This document shows, in pieces, positions 38,474-50,131 of a stretch of DNA of 64,000 nucleotides; the stretch's first letter is position 1; each line of letters begins with the position of its first letter. The position numbers and the translations under genes were made by a program. The notes under the pieces were generated by a model. The model saw only the letters and a program-made list of their open reading frames with translations, made no database searches and was not told the DNA's origin. Origin of the DNA: Candidatus Thorarchaeota archaeon (GTDB taxonomy: Archaea; Asgardarchaeota; Thorarchaeia; Thorarchaeales; Thorarchaeaceae); NCBI GenBank assembly GCA_029855935.1, contig JAGSHN010000020.1:88471-152470 (forward strand). Direction: 5' to 3'.

Positions 38474-40635
38474 CACACGAAGAGATTGAGCATGCAACAA
38501 AGGTGCTCGGTCGCAGGCCGAACGACACAGAGCTGGCTATGCTCGACGTTCTATGGTCCGAGCACTGCAGCTACAAGAGCAGCAAGCGGTGGTTCCACCT
38601 GTTCAAGACGGATGGCGAGAACGTCTACCTGGGTATAGGAGAGGGGGCCGGTCTAGTCGACATTGGCGATGGCATCCTTGTCGGTGTAGCAATGGAGTCC
38701 CACAATCACCCAAGCCAGGTGGACCCGTACAATGGCGCTGCCACAGGCGTTGGCGGTATCATCCGCGATGTGATCTCACAGGGCTGCCGTGCAGTCGGCC
38801 TGATGAACTGTCTCAGATTCGGCCATCCCTCGAAGCCGAAGAACGCGTACCTCCTTGAGCGGGTCGTGAGGGGCATCTCTGACTACGGGAACAGTGTTGG
38901 CATTCCGATGGTGGGAGGTGAGATAGAGTTTGACGACTCATACGAGGGCAACTGTCTTGTGAACGTCGTATGCATCGGCGTTGTCCGTCCGGACAAGGTC
39001 GTCAGGAGTAGTGCCAGAACACCTGGTCATCACCTTGTCATCTTTGGCTCCACCACAGGTCGAGATGGCATCGCGGGCGTCAGCTTCGCATCAGAAACAT
39101 TCTCTGATGACGAGGAGGAAGACCGCAGTGCGATCCAGATTGGCGACCCTCTTGCGAAGAAGGTGGTTGTCGACACGCTTGCTCAGCTTGTTGAGGAAGA
39201 CCTGGTTGATGGTCTTCAGGACCTCGGCGGTGGGGGGCTGACATCCTGCGCAGGCGAGCTTGCCGCCAGCGGTGGCACTGGCGTCGAGATCGATGTGGCA
39301 AAGGTGCCTCTGAGAGAGCGTGATATGACACCGAGAGAGATCATCGTCTCCGAGTCACAGGAGAGAATGCTGGCCGTCGTCGCACCTGAGAAGCTCGAAC
39401 GGGTGCTGGAGATACTGATTGAGAACGACACTCCTCACGCCGTCATAGGCTCCGTCACGGACGACGGATACTTCACCGTGAAAGAGAATGGAGATATTGA
39501 GGCAAGGCTTCCAATCAGCCTGCTCGTCGGAGGCTTCCCAGTCCCCGAGCGCACCGAGGGATCTCTCCCTGTCCAGCCACACACTATGGACTGGTATGAG
39601 GAGCCGGACGACTATGTGGAGGAGATACTACGTCTGCTCGGCTCCGTCAATATCGCCTCGAGAGAGTGGGTGTACAGTCAGTATGACCAGCATGTCCAGT
39701 CCAATACAATAGTGGACATTGGTGAGAATGCGGGCGTTCTCGAGTTCCCGTTGAACAAACGGCTGGCCTTTGCGAGCCACTGCAACTCCTTTTGGACACT
39801 CCTCGATCCTCAACAGGGGACTGCTAACTCTGCTGCAGAGACGCTCAGGAACCTTGTCGCAATGGGCGCACGTCCAATCCTCATAGCCGACTGTCTCAAC
39901 TTCGGCAACCCCGAACGGCCAGACTCCTACGCCCAATTCGTAGAGGCAGTTCGAGGGCTCGGGCGGTTCTCGCACGACTTCGACATCCCAATAGTTGGAG
40001 GCAACGTCAGCCTCTACAACGAGTCCGAGGTAGAGGGCAAGGTGAGACGTATCAATCCGACGCCACAGGTGATGATGGCAGGCATCTTCGAGGCGGGATT
40101 TGCACCTGTGAGGCGCACGCTCTGCACACCGTGGGCCAATGTCTTTCTCATAGGCGAGACACTCGACGAACTGAACGGCTCCGAGTACCAGAGGTTGAAA
40201 CTAGGAAGGGTGCAGGGCTTTCCGCCCGCGTACCGACCCGTGGCAGAGAAGAACGCAATGGAGGCCGTGCTCAATGCTCATCGTGCTCGTCTGATAAGGT
40301 CGTGCAACAATGTTGGCAGGGGCGGTCTGGCCGTCGCGCTGATGAAGATGGTCATAGGCTCGGATTACGGTTTCAGACTGAACACCACCACCGTCCCCGG
40401 AAAGGCGGGAACTCTTGGCCGGGCCCTGTTCTCGGAGACATCCGCACGGTACCTGGCTGAGGTGAGCGAGAGCAACCAGAAGCAGTTTCTTGAGATAATG
40501 GCCCGCCACAACGTGCCAGTCTGCGAGCTGGCCCTCACCGTCGCAGATCACATTGCAGACTTTGGAGAGTTCAGAGTGCCTGTTGATCGGGCTGAGGAGG
40601 AATTCCGGACCAGTCTGTCACGATATCTGGAGTGA
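38467..40635 (+). CDS. purL: FGAM synthase subunit PurL (small form)
   Basis: [49 protein letters not shown] and GGNVSLYN. Confidence 0.97.
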   Translation: MLTHEEIEHATKVLGRRPNDTELAMLDVLWSEHCSYKSSKRWFHLFKTDGENVYLGIGEGAGLVDIGDGILVGVAMESHNHPSQVDPYNGAATGVGGIIRDVISQGCRAVGLMNCLRFGHPSKPKNAYLLERVVRGISDYGNSVGIPMVGGEIEFDDSYEGNCLVNVVCIGVVRPDKVVRSSARTPGHHLVIFGSTTGRDGIAGVSFASETFSDDEEEDRSAIQIGDPLAKKVVVDTLAQLVEEDLVDGLQDLGGGGLTSCAGELAASGGTGVEIDVAKVPLRERDMTPREIIVSESQERMLAVVAPEKLERVLEILIENDTPHAVIGSVTDDGYFTVKENGDIEARLPISLLVGGFPVPERTEGSLPVQPHTMDWYEEPDDYVEEILRLLGSVNIASREWVYSQYDQHVQSNTIVDIGENAGVLEFPLNKRLAFASHCNSFWTLLDPQQGTANSAAETLRNLVAMGARPILIADCLNFGNPERPDSYAQFVEAVRGLGRFSHDFDIPIVGGNVSLYNESEVEGKVRRINPTPQVMMAGIFEAGFAPVRRTLCTPWANVFLIGETLDELNGSEYQRLKLGRVQGFPPAYRPVAEKNAMEAVLNAHRARLIRSCNNVGRGGLAVALMKMVIGSDYGFRLNTTTVPGKAGTLGRALFSETSARYLAEVSESNQKQFLEIMARHNVPVCELALTVADHIADFGEFRVPVDRAEEEFRTSLSRYLE

Positions 40636-42083
40636 TGAAGCTTATGACTGACGTGCTTGTGATAGCGGGAAGCCGAAGCGACGAGAAGATAGTCGAGAAG
40701 GTGACAAAGACCCTTGAGAAGCTGGATATCTCGTACTCTGTCGAGTTTGCCTCCGCACACAGAGAGCCCGAACGTGTGAAGAGCCTGATCGAGGAGTCAG
40801 AGGCTCGCGTGATCATCGCCATCGCCGGCCTTGCTGCGGCACTCCCGGGCTACGTGGCCTCGCTGACAAGTCGGCCCGTGATCGGTGTTCCCGTGTCCGC
40901 CGCGCTCGGCGGGCTCGATGCCCTGTTGTCTATCGCACAGATGCCCAAGGGCGTCCCTGTCGCCACTGTCGGCATCGACAATGGACAGAATGCTGCATTC
41001 TTGGCCGCACGGATACTCGCTCTCACAGATGAGGGGGTCACTGGCCCCCCGCCAAGGACCTATGCAGAGGCAGGCGTTGACGAGTCTGAAGTCGCTGCTG
41101 GTCTTGAGGTCCTCTCAAGGTACGTCCGCCAGTCGTTCTCCGGTCACGACGTCCCTGTCGAGTTCGGGCACTTTGCTAATCTAGTCAGGGTCGGGGACGG
41201 TCTCTATGTGGCGCTCTCCACGGACGGCGTCGGCAGCAAGGTCTTGATCGCAGAGATGGTCGGTCGGTTCGATACCATAGCCCAGGACTGCGTGGCAATG
41301 AACGTCAACGACCTGATATGCATAGGCGCAACACCAGTGGGATTTGTGGACTATCTCGCCTGTGCCAGACCACTTCCTCGCACAGTGCTTGAGCAGATCG
41401 GCCAGGGCCTCCGCGATGCTTGTCGTACGGCGGGAGTCCCGATACTCGGTGGCGAGACCGCAATCTTGCCCGACATTATCCGGGGGCACGGGGACACAGC
41501 ACTGGACCTTGCAGGCACCGCAGTGGGTGTTGCAAGAGAGGACGAGGTCATAGACGGACGCGCCATTGAGCCGGGAGACGCTATCATCGGGATAGAATCG
41601 AATGGCCTCCACTCCAACGGCTTCACTCTCGTCAGAAAGGCACTGCTAGCGACTCATTCGCTTGAGGAGAAGACGAACTGGGGGAGGACGCTTGGCGAGG
41701 AGCTCCTCCGTCCAACAACAATCTACGTACCACACTTCAAGCGTCTCAAGGAGGCAGGAATTGAGATTCACGGTCTCGCACACATCACAGGCTCGGCGTT
41801 CAGGAAGATCCTCAGGCTCGGCGACTTTCACTTCCGGCTTGATGAGATGCCGTTGCCCCCGCCCATCTTCGACCTCGTTCGCAAGGAAGGTAACATCGAG
41901 TGGGAGGAGATGTTCACGACCTTCAATATGGGAGTAGGCCTTGTCGTAGTGGTTCCTGAGGACGCCGAGGAAGAGGCAATAGATGCGCTGAGACCTCTCG
42001 GTGGCGCGCAGAGGGTGGGGGTTGTAGAGACCTCGGGCAAGGGCAGAGTCACGATCAAACGCTTTGAGGTGGTGATAGAATGA
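40635..42083 (+). CDS. purM: PurE-PurM fusion (N5-CAIR mutase/AIR carboxylase + AIR synthetase)
   Basis: N-terminal [18 protein letters not shown] and [11 protein letters not shown] (PurE). Then [39 protein letters not shown] and FNMGVG (PurM). Confidence 0.93.
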   Translation: MKLMTDVLVIAGSRSDEKIVEKVTKTLEKLDISYSVEFASAHREPERVKSLIEESEARVIIAIAGLAAALPGYVASLTSRPVIGVPVSAALGGLDALLSIAQMPKGVPVATVGIDNGQNAAFLAARILALTDEGVTGPPPRTYAEAGVDESEVAAGLEVLSRYVRQSFSGHDVPVEFGHFANLVRVGDGLYVALSTDGVGSKVLIAEMVGRFDTIAQDCVAMNVNDLICIGATPVGFVDYLACARPLPRTVLEQIGQGLRDACRTAGVPILGGETAILPDIIRGHGDTALDLAGTAVGVAREDEVIDGRAIEPGDAIIGIESNGLHSNGFTLVRKALLATHSLEEKTNWGRTLGEELLRPTTIYVPHFKRLKEAGIEIHGLAHITGSAFRKILRLGDFHFRLDEMPLPPPIFDLVRKEGNIEWEEMFTTFNMGVGLVVVVPEDAEEEAIDALRPLGGAQRVGVVETSGKGRVTIKRFEVVIE

Positions 42084-43360
42084 CACGTGTTCTCCTCATC
42101 GGCAACGGTGCCAGAGAGCACGCCATTGCAGCGGCCCTTCGCCGGTCGGGAGTCGAGATCGTCGCCAGAATGAAGATGCTGAATCCAGGAATCGCCTCAC
42201 TGAGCAGCGAGGTATCTATCGGTCGGTTAAGCGACGTCGACGACTTTCCCGACCTCTCGAAAATCGACTTTGCGGTCGTCGGCCCCGAGCAACCTCTCTC
42301 GGAGGCGGTTGTCGATGCCCTTGAGAAACACGAAATTCCATGTGTCGGCCCTCTGCAGGCTGCTGCGAGAATTGAGACAAGCAAAGTCTTTGCCAGAGAG
42401 CTCCTCTCGCAGGCCGCTCCTGAGGCGAACCCTGACTACGTGATCATCCGGGACCGTGATGATATAGGACCCGCCATCAGACAGGTGGGACTGAAGAACG
42501 TTGTCGTCAAGCCGGATGGGCTGACTGGCGGCAAGGGCGTCAAGATCTTTGGAGAGCACCTCGATACTGAGGGGGCAGTTCGGGACTACGCACAGTCGCT
42601 GCTCATCAAGGAGGGAGTGCTTCTGATTGAGGAGAAGCTGGTGGGCATTGAGTTCACCGTCCAGACATTCGTCGACGGTGAGCGGGTCGTGCCGATGCCC
42701 CTCGTTCGAGACTACAAGAGAGCCTATGACGAGGACAGGGGACCAAACACAGGCTCGATGGGTTCCTATTCACAGGAAGACCATCACCTGTCGTACTTGG
42801 ACAGACGGGACGTGGAGTCGGCACTGAGAACGATGACCAGGGCCATCCGTATGCTCCGGGAGCGTCACGGAGTAGAGTATCGTGGGATTCTCTACGGCCA
42901 GTTCATAAAGACGAGTAATGGAGTCAAGGTTCTCGAGTTCAACGCGCGCTTTGGCGACCCAGAGGCGATGAACGTCCTCGCTCTGCTCGAGACACCCGCA
43001 GACAGCCTGTTCTGGAGCCTTCTGTACGGCAATGTGATGACACCTGAGTTCCGGAGACTTGCCACCGTCTGCGTCTACGTTGTCCCCGAGGGATATCCGG
43101 GGCCGGATGTCGCCCGCGACGCCAGAATAGTGGTCCCGTCAACAAATGATGCGCAGATCTACTATGCCTCTGTCTACGAGCAAGACGGAGCGGTCTACAC
43201 GACGGGCAGTCGGGCTGTAGCGGTGCTGGCTATGGGACATTCTGTGCCTGAGGCTCGTGAGACCGCCTACAGGGTGGTCAGGGGAGTTCGTGGTAGAGTC
43301 CGGTTCAGGACGGACATTGGAAAGGACGTTCCCGGTTCGGGTGAGGCCGATGGGTGCTAG
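42080..43360 (+). CDS. purD: Phosphoribosylamine-glycine ligase
   Basis: [31 protein letters not shown] and [10 protein letters not shown]. Confidence 0.97.
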   Translation: MTRVLLIGNGAREHAIAAALRRSGVEIVARMKMLNPGIASLSSEVSIGRLSDVDDFPDLSKIDFAVVGPEQPLSEAVVDALEKHEIPCVGPLQAAARIETSKVFARELLSQAAPEANPDYVIIRDRDDIGPAIRQVGLKNVVVKPDGLTGGKGVKIFGEHLDTEGAVRDYAQSLLIKEGVLLIEEKLVGIEFTVQTFVDGERVVPMPLVRDYKRAYDEDRGPNTGSMGSYSQEDHHLSYLDRRDVESALRTMTRAIRMLRERHGVEYRGILYGQFIKTSNGVKVLEFNARFGDPEAMNVLALLETPADSLFWSLLYGNVMTPEFRRLATVCVYVVPEGYPGPDVARDARIVVPSTNDAQIYYASVYEQDGAVYTTGSRAVAVLAMGHSVPEARETAYRVVRGVRGRVRFRTDIGKDVPGSGEADGC

Positions 43361-44912
43361 AGAGAGAGTGCTCGTGCTGGACTTTGGTGGCCAGTACACG
43401 CATCTGATAGCACGTCGCTGCCGCGAGCTCGGTGTCTATGCCGAGATCGTCCCACAGGACAGAAGACTTGACGAGGATGCCCTTCACGGAGTGAAAGGGG
43501 TGATACTGTCGGGGGGCCCGCGGACAGTCACTGAACAAGACCTGATGGGGGTCACTGCAGAGAACCTCGGGGAACTCCGAAAGAGGCAGATTCCGATTCT
43601 CGGAATATGCTTTGGCCACCAGCTCCTCGCTGTCGCGCACGGCGCAGAACTGGCGCCGGGAGGAAACCCTGAGTACGGCAATACTCGGATACGTCTCCTT
43701 GACGAATCGTCCATTCTGCGCGGGCTCGAGGACGGGCAGACGGTGTGGATGAGTCACAGTGATGAGGTCAGAAGCCTCCCGGACGACCTCAAGGCGCTGG
43801 CGTTGAGCAGAGATGACAGGATTGCCGCCTTTCAATCAGACGACGGACTGATCTATGGAGTCCAGTTCCACCCCGAGGTCGCGCACACGCCCAATGGGAG
43901 ATCGGTGCTGAGGTCTTTCCTCTTTGACATCTGTGGCTTTGATGGAGGCTGGACCCCAGAGGATGAGGTCGAGGCAATAATCCGGTGGGTGAGCGAGGAG
44001 GTCGGCGACGAACAGGTCCTGATGGGGACGAGCGGCGGTGTTGACTCCACGGTGGCAGCCGTCCTGATCAAGATGGCCATAGGTGAGAGGTTGCACTGTG
44101 TCTTCGTGGACAACGGTCTTCTCAGAGAGGGTGAGCGCGAGGACGTACAGTCCGCCTTCAGGGAGATGGGCTTTGAGAACTTCCACGTGGTCGACGCCTC
44201 CGATGAGTTCCTCTCAGCGCTGGAGGGGATCGAGGACCCCGAGGAAAAGAGGAGAATCATCGCGGAGACGTTCATCCGCGTGTTCGAGCGGAAGGCAAAG
44301 GAGCTGGAGGAGACCTACGGCCCATTCACTTTCCTCGGCCAGGGCACCATATACCCTGACCGTGTGGAGAGTGCCGCAACTGGCAAGGCCACGGCCGTCA
44401 TCAAGAGCCACCACAACGTCAGACTACCAGAATGGATGAGAATGCGCGTGATAGAGCCGCTCAGGAACCTATACAAGGACGAGGTACGTCGTGTCGGTGC
44501 TCAGCTGGGCATCCCAGACCGTCTTCTGAGACGACAGCCATTCCCCGGTCCATCTCTTGCCATAAGAATCGGTGGCGAGGTGACCCGAGAACAGCTGAGA
44601 ATACTGAGACACGCTGATCGCATCCTCCAAGAGGAGATGAGCAAGGACCCGATATACGATCGCATCTGGCAGTCCTTCTGCGTCCTACTACCGGTACGCT
44701 CTGTTGGCGTGATGGGCGATCAACGCACCTATCAGCAGGCCTGTGTCATCCGGATTGTGGAGAGCGTAGACGCAATGACAGCCTCTGTCAGTACTCCCGA
44801 CTGGGAGATTCTGCTACGCGCTGCAGCCCGCATCGCAAATGAGGTCGAGGGGATCAACCGAGTGGTATACGACCTGACCTCGAAGCCTCCAGGCACTATC
44901 GAGTGGTACTGA
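43350..44912 (+). CDS. guaA: GMP synthase (glutamine-hydrolysing), fused GATase + ATPPase
   Basis: LDFGGQY, GICFGHQ, QFHPEV, SGGVDS, IKSHHNV, PFPGP and TSKPPGTIEW. Confidence 0.97.
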   Translation: MGARERVLVLDFGGQYTHLIARRCRELGVYAEIVPQDRRLDEDALHGVKGVILSGGPRTVTEQDLMGVTAENLGELRKRQIPILGICFGHQLLAVAHGAELAPGGNPEYGNTRIRLLDESSILRGLEDGQTVWMSHSDEVRSLPDDLKALALSRDDRIAAFQSDDGLIYGVQFHPEVAHTPNGRSVLRSFLFDICGFDGGWTPEDEVEAIIRWVSEEVGDEQVLMGTSGGVDSTVAAVLIKMAIGERLHCVFVDNGLLREGEREDVQSAFREMGFENFHVVDASDEFLSALEGIEDPEEKRRIIAETFIRVFERKAKELEETYGPFTFLGQGTIYPDRVESAATGKATAVIKSHHNVRLPEWMRMRVIEPLRNLYKDEVRRVGAQLGIPDRLLRRQPFPGPSLAIRIGGEVTREQLRILRHADRILQEEMSKDPIYDRIWQSFCVLLPVRSVGVMGDQRTYQQACVIRIVESVDAMTASVSTPDWEILLRAAARIANEVEGINRVVYDLTSKPPGTIEWY

Positions 44913-44976
44913 GAGCCACGCGTTGGTCCTACCGCTGTAGAGAGATAAATATGGGCGGCTGCCATGCAAGACTGCG

Positions 44977-46128
44977 GTGTGCAGAGTGGAGAAGTTGGCC
45001 TACCCCTACACCGAAAAGCTCCTTCAGTATGAGTTCAGTAGTGAGCACCCTCTCCGGCCCGACAGACTGAGGCTCACCTACGAACTCTCGAAGTGGGTGG
45101 GCCTGTTGGATGATGTCAACGTCTTCGAACCCTCGGTTGCCACACGGGAGGAACTGGAGCTCTTTCACGACCCTGCATTCGTCAATGCCGTTGAGTCGTG
45201 CAAGACAGGAGACTGTACGGACTGGAGGTACGGTCTTGGCACTCCGGACAATCCCGTCTTTCCGGAAATCTACGAGGCCGCCTGCAGATACGTCGGCGCC
45301 ACCCTAGACGGGATGAGAGAGCTTCTCAACGGCGCACCCGGGGCATTCGTCATCTCGGGGGGCCTGCACCACGCCCAGCGCAGTGAGGCGTCAGGATTCT
45401 GCATCTTCAACGACATCGTGATAGCCATCAAGATGTATCAGAGGAGGCATTCCGGCCGGGTCCTGTACTTTGACTTCGATGCTCATCACGCGGATGGTGT
45501 TCAGAACGCCTTCTACAGATCAAGGGACGTCCTGACCATCTCCATTCACGAGACCGGACGAACGCTGTTCCCCGGCACGGGACGCGTCTATGAGAACGGT
45601 GCTGGAGATGCAGTTGGCTACGCCGTGAACGTCCCTCTCCTCGCAGGGGCTGGTGATAGAGAACTTGTCAGGGCCTTTGAAGAGGTGGCCCTCCCGTTGT
45701 TTGAGAGTTATCAGCCTGACCTGCTTGTCACACAGCTGGGTGTCGATGGTCACTATCTAGATCCCCTTGCGCATCTCTCCTACACCAGTAAGGGGTACGA
45801 GACTGTGCTGAGGAGGCTCCGCGACCTCGCGCACGACAACTGCAGGCATGGCTGGCTCGCTGTCGGCGGTGGTGGCTATCACGTGATGAACGTAGCCCGT
45901 CTCTGGACGCTCTTCCTGGCAATCATTCTCGACAGAGACCTACCGGAGAGGATTCCCGAGGAGTTTCTGGCGCAGCATCAAGAGTTTCCGCTCGGACGGT
46001 GCCCGCCAACGTTTCGCGACGCCGGTCCTGTGACGCAGATGTTCAACTCTCCTGAGGATATCAAGAGCGACCTGGACAGAGTTCTTCAGCGGATTCGTGA
46101 GGAAGTCTTCCCTGCCCACGGCCTCTAG
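44977..46128 (+). CDS. Zn-dependent deacetylase, HDAC/AcuC family
   Basis: HPLRP.R, GGLHHA, SGFCIFND, DFDAHHADGV, FPGTG, DPL and GGGGY. Confidence 0.93.
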   Translation: MCRVEKLAYPYTEKLLQYEFSSEHPLRPDRLRLTYELSKWVGLLDDVNVFEPSVATREELELFHDPAFVNAVESCKTGDCTDWRYGLGTPDNPVFPEIYEAACRYVGATLDGMRELLNGAPGAFVISGGLHHAQRSEASGFCIFNDIVIAIKMYQRRHSGRVLYFDFDAHHADGVQNAFYRSRDVLTISIHETGRTLFPGTGRVYENGAGDAVGYAVNVPLLAGAGDRELVRAFEEVALPLFESYQPDLLVTQLGVDGHYLDPLAHLSYTSKGYETVLRRLRDLAHDNCRHGWLAVGGGGYHVMNVARLWTLFLAIILDRDLPERIPEEFLAQHQEFPLGRCPPTFRDAGPVTQMFNSPEDIKSDLDRVLQRIREEVFPAHGL

Positions 46129-46760
46129 TGTCTGTCCGTAGAGGCTAGCTGCAGGTCTATCCATCTTCGTACCATCTTTGTGACAAGGTCGCTGGCCGCC
46201 GCGATTATGACAGCGTCAGCGTCCTCTGCCAGGAGCGATGACGGATCAACACCAGAGCGGGCCATCCTCAGCAGGGATGGGAAGCACAGCAGCCCCAGGC
46301 CAACAAGGGCGTCCCGCGGCTCACTAGCACTCACATCGATTGATACACCAAGCTCATCAACAGGTGACGACTTGGAGTCAACATCCAGCAGGTCGCGAAT
46401 CGCCTCAGTGGCACCCGAGATGACAACGTCGACGTCCTCACAGTCGTCCGCAAGATAGACCTTGGTACCGTCAAAGACAACGGAGTATCTCTCACTGCTG
46501 TCCGTTGGATTGAAACAGATTGTGATGTCCTCGAAAGAGTTGCCAGCAGCGGTTATGTACTCCTGAATGTCCTCGTCAGAGAATCTAGCCTCACGGGCAC
46601 GGTCCAGACTCACGCTGAGTGCTGCTCTACATCCGTCAACCACGGGCCCAAGATACTCCAACAGCATGTAGCGGTCCTCCTCGATCTCATGGACCAGCTC
46701 CACAAGCACGGCCTCAAGCGTCTTCTTCTGTGACCCGCGGTCTGTCAATGTCCTCAGCAT
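46125..46760 (-). CDS. Hypothetical acidic protein (possible SCP2-like fold)
   Basis: ATG after GGGGAG. The central segment resembles SCP2 (V.FDG..V....DV.ISG). Confidence 0.55.
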   Translation of the reverse strand: MLRTLTDRGSQKKTLEAVLVELVHEIEEDRYMLLEYLGPVVDGCRAALSVSLDRAREARFSDEDIQEYITAAGNSFEDITICFNPTDSSERYSVVFDGTKVYLADDCEDVDVVISGATEAIRDLLDVDSKSSPVDELGVSIDVSASEPRDALVGLGLLCFPSLLRMARSGVDPSSLLAEDADAVIIAAASDLVTKMVRRWIDLQLASTDRH

Positions 46761-46872
46761 AGCTCCCCCATATCTACGTATATAGGGATGACGTTCACTC
46801 GCCTGTGTACTGTCCTCGCCATTGATGACGATAATACATAGTGAGAAAAGCAAGCTCAGAGAGTAGGGCCTG

Positions 46873-47664
46873 ATGACCATAGACATCTACACTCATCTTG
46901 AGAAGAGTTGCGACCGGATTGATGAGATGACAAGGCAAGGTCTGCCAGAGGCGGTAGACACGCTCATCTCTAGGATGGATGAGTTCGGCATAAGGCGCGC
47001 TGTTCTGAGTCCTCTCGGGACTGGTGTTCCTACGGAGTTGTACATGGAGGCTGCACGCCTGAGGCCAGACCGTCTGATGGCCGCATGCTCAGTCCCGCCC
47101 CGACCCATCCATGTGGCACGCGAGAAACTCAAGATGTTCGTCAGGGAGGGAGCCGTTGCCCTCACCCTTCACGAGAGTCTCTTCTGGCCAGAGGATCCCG
47201 CAGTGATGTCGATAGTGAACTGTGCAGTCAGACTCAACATACCAGTCTTTTTCGATTTCACGAACATAAACAACGGACAGCTTCGATTGATTGACAGCCT
47301 CACGGTGACGTTTCCAGAGGGCCGATTCGTGCTGCTTCATATGGGTGGATTGTTCGGCTTCCCACGCGTCACCTCCCTCCTAGGACGTGAAAACCTGTGG
47401 TTCGAGGTCTCATCCACTCTAGTCAGACTCGTCGAGAGCCCACTCCGGGTGTTCCTCGACGCAGTCTCGCAGGACATCGGCATCGGAAGGCTCGTCTTCG
47501 GCTCAGAACACAACTCCGACTATGAACACCTGCTGGCGGCACTCAACACGCTGGACCTGAATGTCGAGACACAACAGATGATCCTTGAGAAGAATGCGTT
47601 CAGGATTCTGGGCCCGAGTAGTGACTCGGAGGGGCCGGAGGTTCGGTCCAGTGGTCCAAATTGA
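46873..47664 (+). CDS. Amidohydrolase family protein (amidohydro_2-like)
   Basis: IDxxTH, MDEFGI..AV, LLHMGG, NLWFEVS and LVFGS. Some metal ligands are degenerate. Confidence 0.75.
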   Translation: MTIDIYTHLEKSCDRIDEMTRQGLPEAVDTLISRMDEFGIRRAVLSPLGTGVPTELYMEAARLRPDRLMAACSVPPRPIHVAREKLKMFVREGAVALTLHESLFWPEDPAVMSIVNCAVRLNIPVFFDFTNINNGQLRLIDSLTVTFPEGRFVLLHMGGLFGFPRVTSLLGRENLWFEVSSTLVRLVESPLRVFLDAVSQDIGIGRLVFGSEHNSDYEHLLAALNTLDLNVETQQMILEKNAFRILGPSSDSEGPEVRSSGPN

Positions 47665-47767
47665 CCGAGCTGCTGACTCTGTACCTGAAGGACACCTCTC
47701 GCAAAGAGCCAATGCGGAGAGAGCGCCTATGCCGACAAGGTGGGTTGACGGACCTGCAAGCCCACCC

Positions 47768-48085
47768 TCAGCCCCTCCCGGTCATTAGGGCCTCGCAGAC
47801 AAGTTGCTGCACCTCATCGATGGTGGGCACACCCACAATTCTTCGACAACCAGCCTCGACTGTTGGTATGGCCGCTAGGTCAGACGGAATCAAGGCCGAG
47901 TCGTCCCCTGAACCAATGTCAATCACCTGAACGACACGGTCTACGTCGCTCAAGTCGTCCGTGGCTCGATTGACCACCTCAATTGCCTCGTCGCAGAAGA
48001 CGCATTCACTGCTCGTGTACACCCTCACCACGATTGAGGGGACATTCCTTGGTCTATCCTCATTCTGCGGGGCTGTCTTGCACAA
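47768..48085 (-). CDS. Thioredoxin/glutaredoxin-like protein
   Basis: VYTSSECVFC (CxxC) and AIPTV..G...VGVP. Start uncertain. Confidence 0.75.
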   Translation of the reverse strand: MCKTAPQNEDRPRNVPSIVVRVYTSSECVFCDEAIEVVNRATDDLSDVDRVVQVIDIGSGDDSALIPSDLAAIPTVEAGCRRIVGVPTIDEVQQLVCEALMTGRG

Positions 48086-48168
48086 GGGAGATCACCAGGT
48101 TTGGTGTATCAGAGTAGATGGACCCCGGCATTCGAGACCATACCGACGACTACCGTCTGCGACACGTC

Positions 48169-48402
48169 TCACTCTGCGAACACCGGCGGCCTCAGCCGGA
48201 CCTGTTCCCCTACACGATCGATAGCACGGAGTGGAATGGCCTCCCAGATCGGAACGCGAGATGCCGGTCCGTTACGTTCCACAATCACAAGGGGCCCCTC
48301 TTGGTCATCGAACCAGACACGTCTTATCGTCCCGAGGGGATACCCCCTGAAGTCGCACACGATCTTGTCCTTCAGCAGATGCCTGATCTTGTCAGAGTTC
48401 AT
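48169..48402 (-). CDS. PRC-barrel domain protein
   Basis: K.V.D..G..LG.I..V.FD and IP..AI..VGE.V.L. Confidence 0.7.
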   Translation of the reverse strand: MNSDKIRHLLKDKIVCDFRGYPLGTIRRVWFDDQEGPLVIVERNGPASRVPIWEAIPLRAIDRVGEQVRLRPPVFAE

Positions 48403-48570
48403 CTCTCTTCAGCACAGCGTAGCAGACAGCGCCTAAGAGGCTGAGTACAATCCCTGCATATCGGGGGTAACATTTGGTCACAAATGCTCAAGCCCGCGCA
48501 GACAGACCCTCCACGGTCAATCTCGCCCGTGTGCCAATGACAGTGAAGGCCCGCACAGTCGATTGGCCTC

Positions 48571-49089
48571 TCAGACAGAGGAGAGAATGACCAGCAGGAG
48601 GTTCATCAGCATCGGAAAGAGAAACCAGACGACATAGTTCCCCGGTGGCGCAGTGAATCTGTCAAGCCCGCGTGGCAGGAAGCTGAAGTAGCCATTCCGC
48701 ACTGGTTGCCACACCCAGAACCCCGAGATCCGGCTGAAGAGAGGTTCTACGACTGCAAGGTCTCCGATGAGGGCGAGCATCCCGGCGGAGACTGCAGCCA
48801 CAATCTCGTTCGTCACCACCAGAAGGCTGAGTATCATTGAGACCTGCACGACCGAGACCCACATGAACGGAATCCACAGGGCGACCCTCCCGACCAGTAT
48901 GCCGTTCTTCTCAGTGTATACGTAGTAACCCTCACCTGAGACACGGTGTTCTCCCGCAGCGGCAATGACGAGCGTGGCGACCACCTGAACTGCCACTGCT
49001 GGCCCATATCCTGTCCAGAGTACATAGCTCGCCGCGGACGCCAGCACTATGTTGAACAGTGTCAGACCAAGCCCAATGACCCGTGACAT
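48571..49089 (-). CDS. CruF/DUF422-like membrane protein (carotenoid-biosynthesis-associated family)
   Basis: E...G.Y.Y, G.V.LWIP..W, DL..EP, G.W.W and P.GNY..WF. Confidence 0.6.
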   Translation of the reverse strand: MSRVIGLGLTLFNIVLASAASYVLWTGYGPAVAVQVVATLVIAAAGEHRVSGEGYYVYTEKNGILVGRVALWIPFMWVSVVQVSMILSLLVVTNEIVAAVSAGMLALIGDLAVVEPLFSRISGFWVWQPVRNGYFSFLPRGLDRFTAPPGNYVVWFLFPMLMNLLLVILSSV

Positions 49090-49397
49090 CACTCCTCCCT
49101 CGCACGGCCCATTCTTCTCCTAAGTGAGGAGAATAGACGTCGAGCCCGCTCCGTTCGCTCCCTGAGCTGGATCACGTAGCTCCTCCCCTGCCGCACCCTC
49201 GCTATCTCGACATCTTTGAGAACGTCCTGTATTCGGAGAACTACGTCAAGGACCTTGGTCACAGTCCTGCGGTCCAGACCCGTTGCCCGCGCCAGTCCCG
49301 ACACGGATGTGGAGGGCACTCTCTGGAGAGTCTCAAGTACTCTGCTAATTGCGTCAGGTAGTCCAACGCGCGGAGGATTTGAGATCAGGTCTGGCAT
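49089..49397 (-). CDS. HTH DNA-binding protein
   Basis: SVSGLARATGLDRRTV.K. Its stop overlaps the start of the downstream gene. Confidence 0.75.
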   Translation of the reverse strand: MPDLISNPPRVGLPDAISRVLETLQRVPSTSVSGLARATGLDRRTVTKVLDVVLRIQDVLKDVEIARVRQGRSYVIQLRERTERARRLFSSLRRRMGRAREE

Positions 49398-49415
49398 TCT
49401 TCCCGACCATACGAT

Positions 49416-49481
49416 GGTCTTGTATCTATTTATACATTATTATGTACACACTAGAACGTATACATTGTTATGTACAAGACC
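49416..49481. promoter_or_regulatory. Tandem palindromic operator pair upstream of the HTH operon
   Basis: TATACATTATTATGTACA (49431-49448) and TATACATTGTTATGTACA (49459-49476), flanked by inverted GGTCTTGTA/TACAAGACC. Confidence 0.7.
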
Positions 49482-49540
49482 TCGCGACCAACGGAGCCCC
49501 ACGGGTATTGCACACGCAGAGCAGGTGCTGACCCTTGAGG

Positions 49541-50131
49541 TCACGTAGAGTCCTGATAGGACTCCTCTTCGTCATAACCCCATCTCACGACAACGGGTTC
49601 ATCGCTGGTGATGAGTGACCCACTGACAAAGTAGCCAGAGATCATCATGACAAGGCCAGCTATGTTCAGCGCAAGTCCTGTGCCGATGTATCGGACCTTG
49701 TCGGAGAGCTGCTCATAAGACACATCCACCCACGAGACGCCGTCAATCCTGTCGATGTAGATGGTGTAGGGTCCTGGAGAGAGTTCGACGACCTGCCGCT
49801 GGAGATACTTGCGCGGGTTTGTTCCTGGTATGAGATCGTTCTCGGTCATTGACATATTGAGGACACGTACCTCGGATGTGTAGTTGTTCACAATCCTGAA
49901 GTCGACGTGAATGATGGAGGCATTCTCGGCCTTGGCAGTGACTGATATCTCCATCCGGGGATAGTAGTCGGGATTGTCGTAGATGACGAAAGGATAGGCG
50001 TCACCAGCGCTGGCGATGAAGCCAGTATAGTGGTAGGGCGCAGAAACAATGATGGCACCACCCAGCAGCAGGATTGCCGCCCCGCCAAAGTAGAGGAACA
50101 CCTTGAGATAGAAAGCACGGGTACGTCCCAC
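49541..50131 (-). CDS. Hypothetical membrane protein (TM - beta domain - TM)
   Basis: Hydrophobic helices at both ends and N-x-S/T sequons. Confidence 0.6.
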   Translation of the reverse strand: MGRTRAFYLKVFLYFGGAAILLLGGAIIVSAPYHYTGFIASAGDAYPFVIYDNPDYYPRMEISVTAKAENASIIHVDFRIVNNYTSEVRVLNMSMTENDLIPGTNPRKYLQRQVVELSPGPYTIYIDRIDGVSWVDVSYEQLSDKVRYIGTGLALNIAGLVMMISGYFVSGSLITSDEPVVVRWGYDEEESYQDST

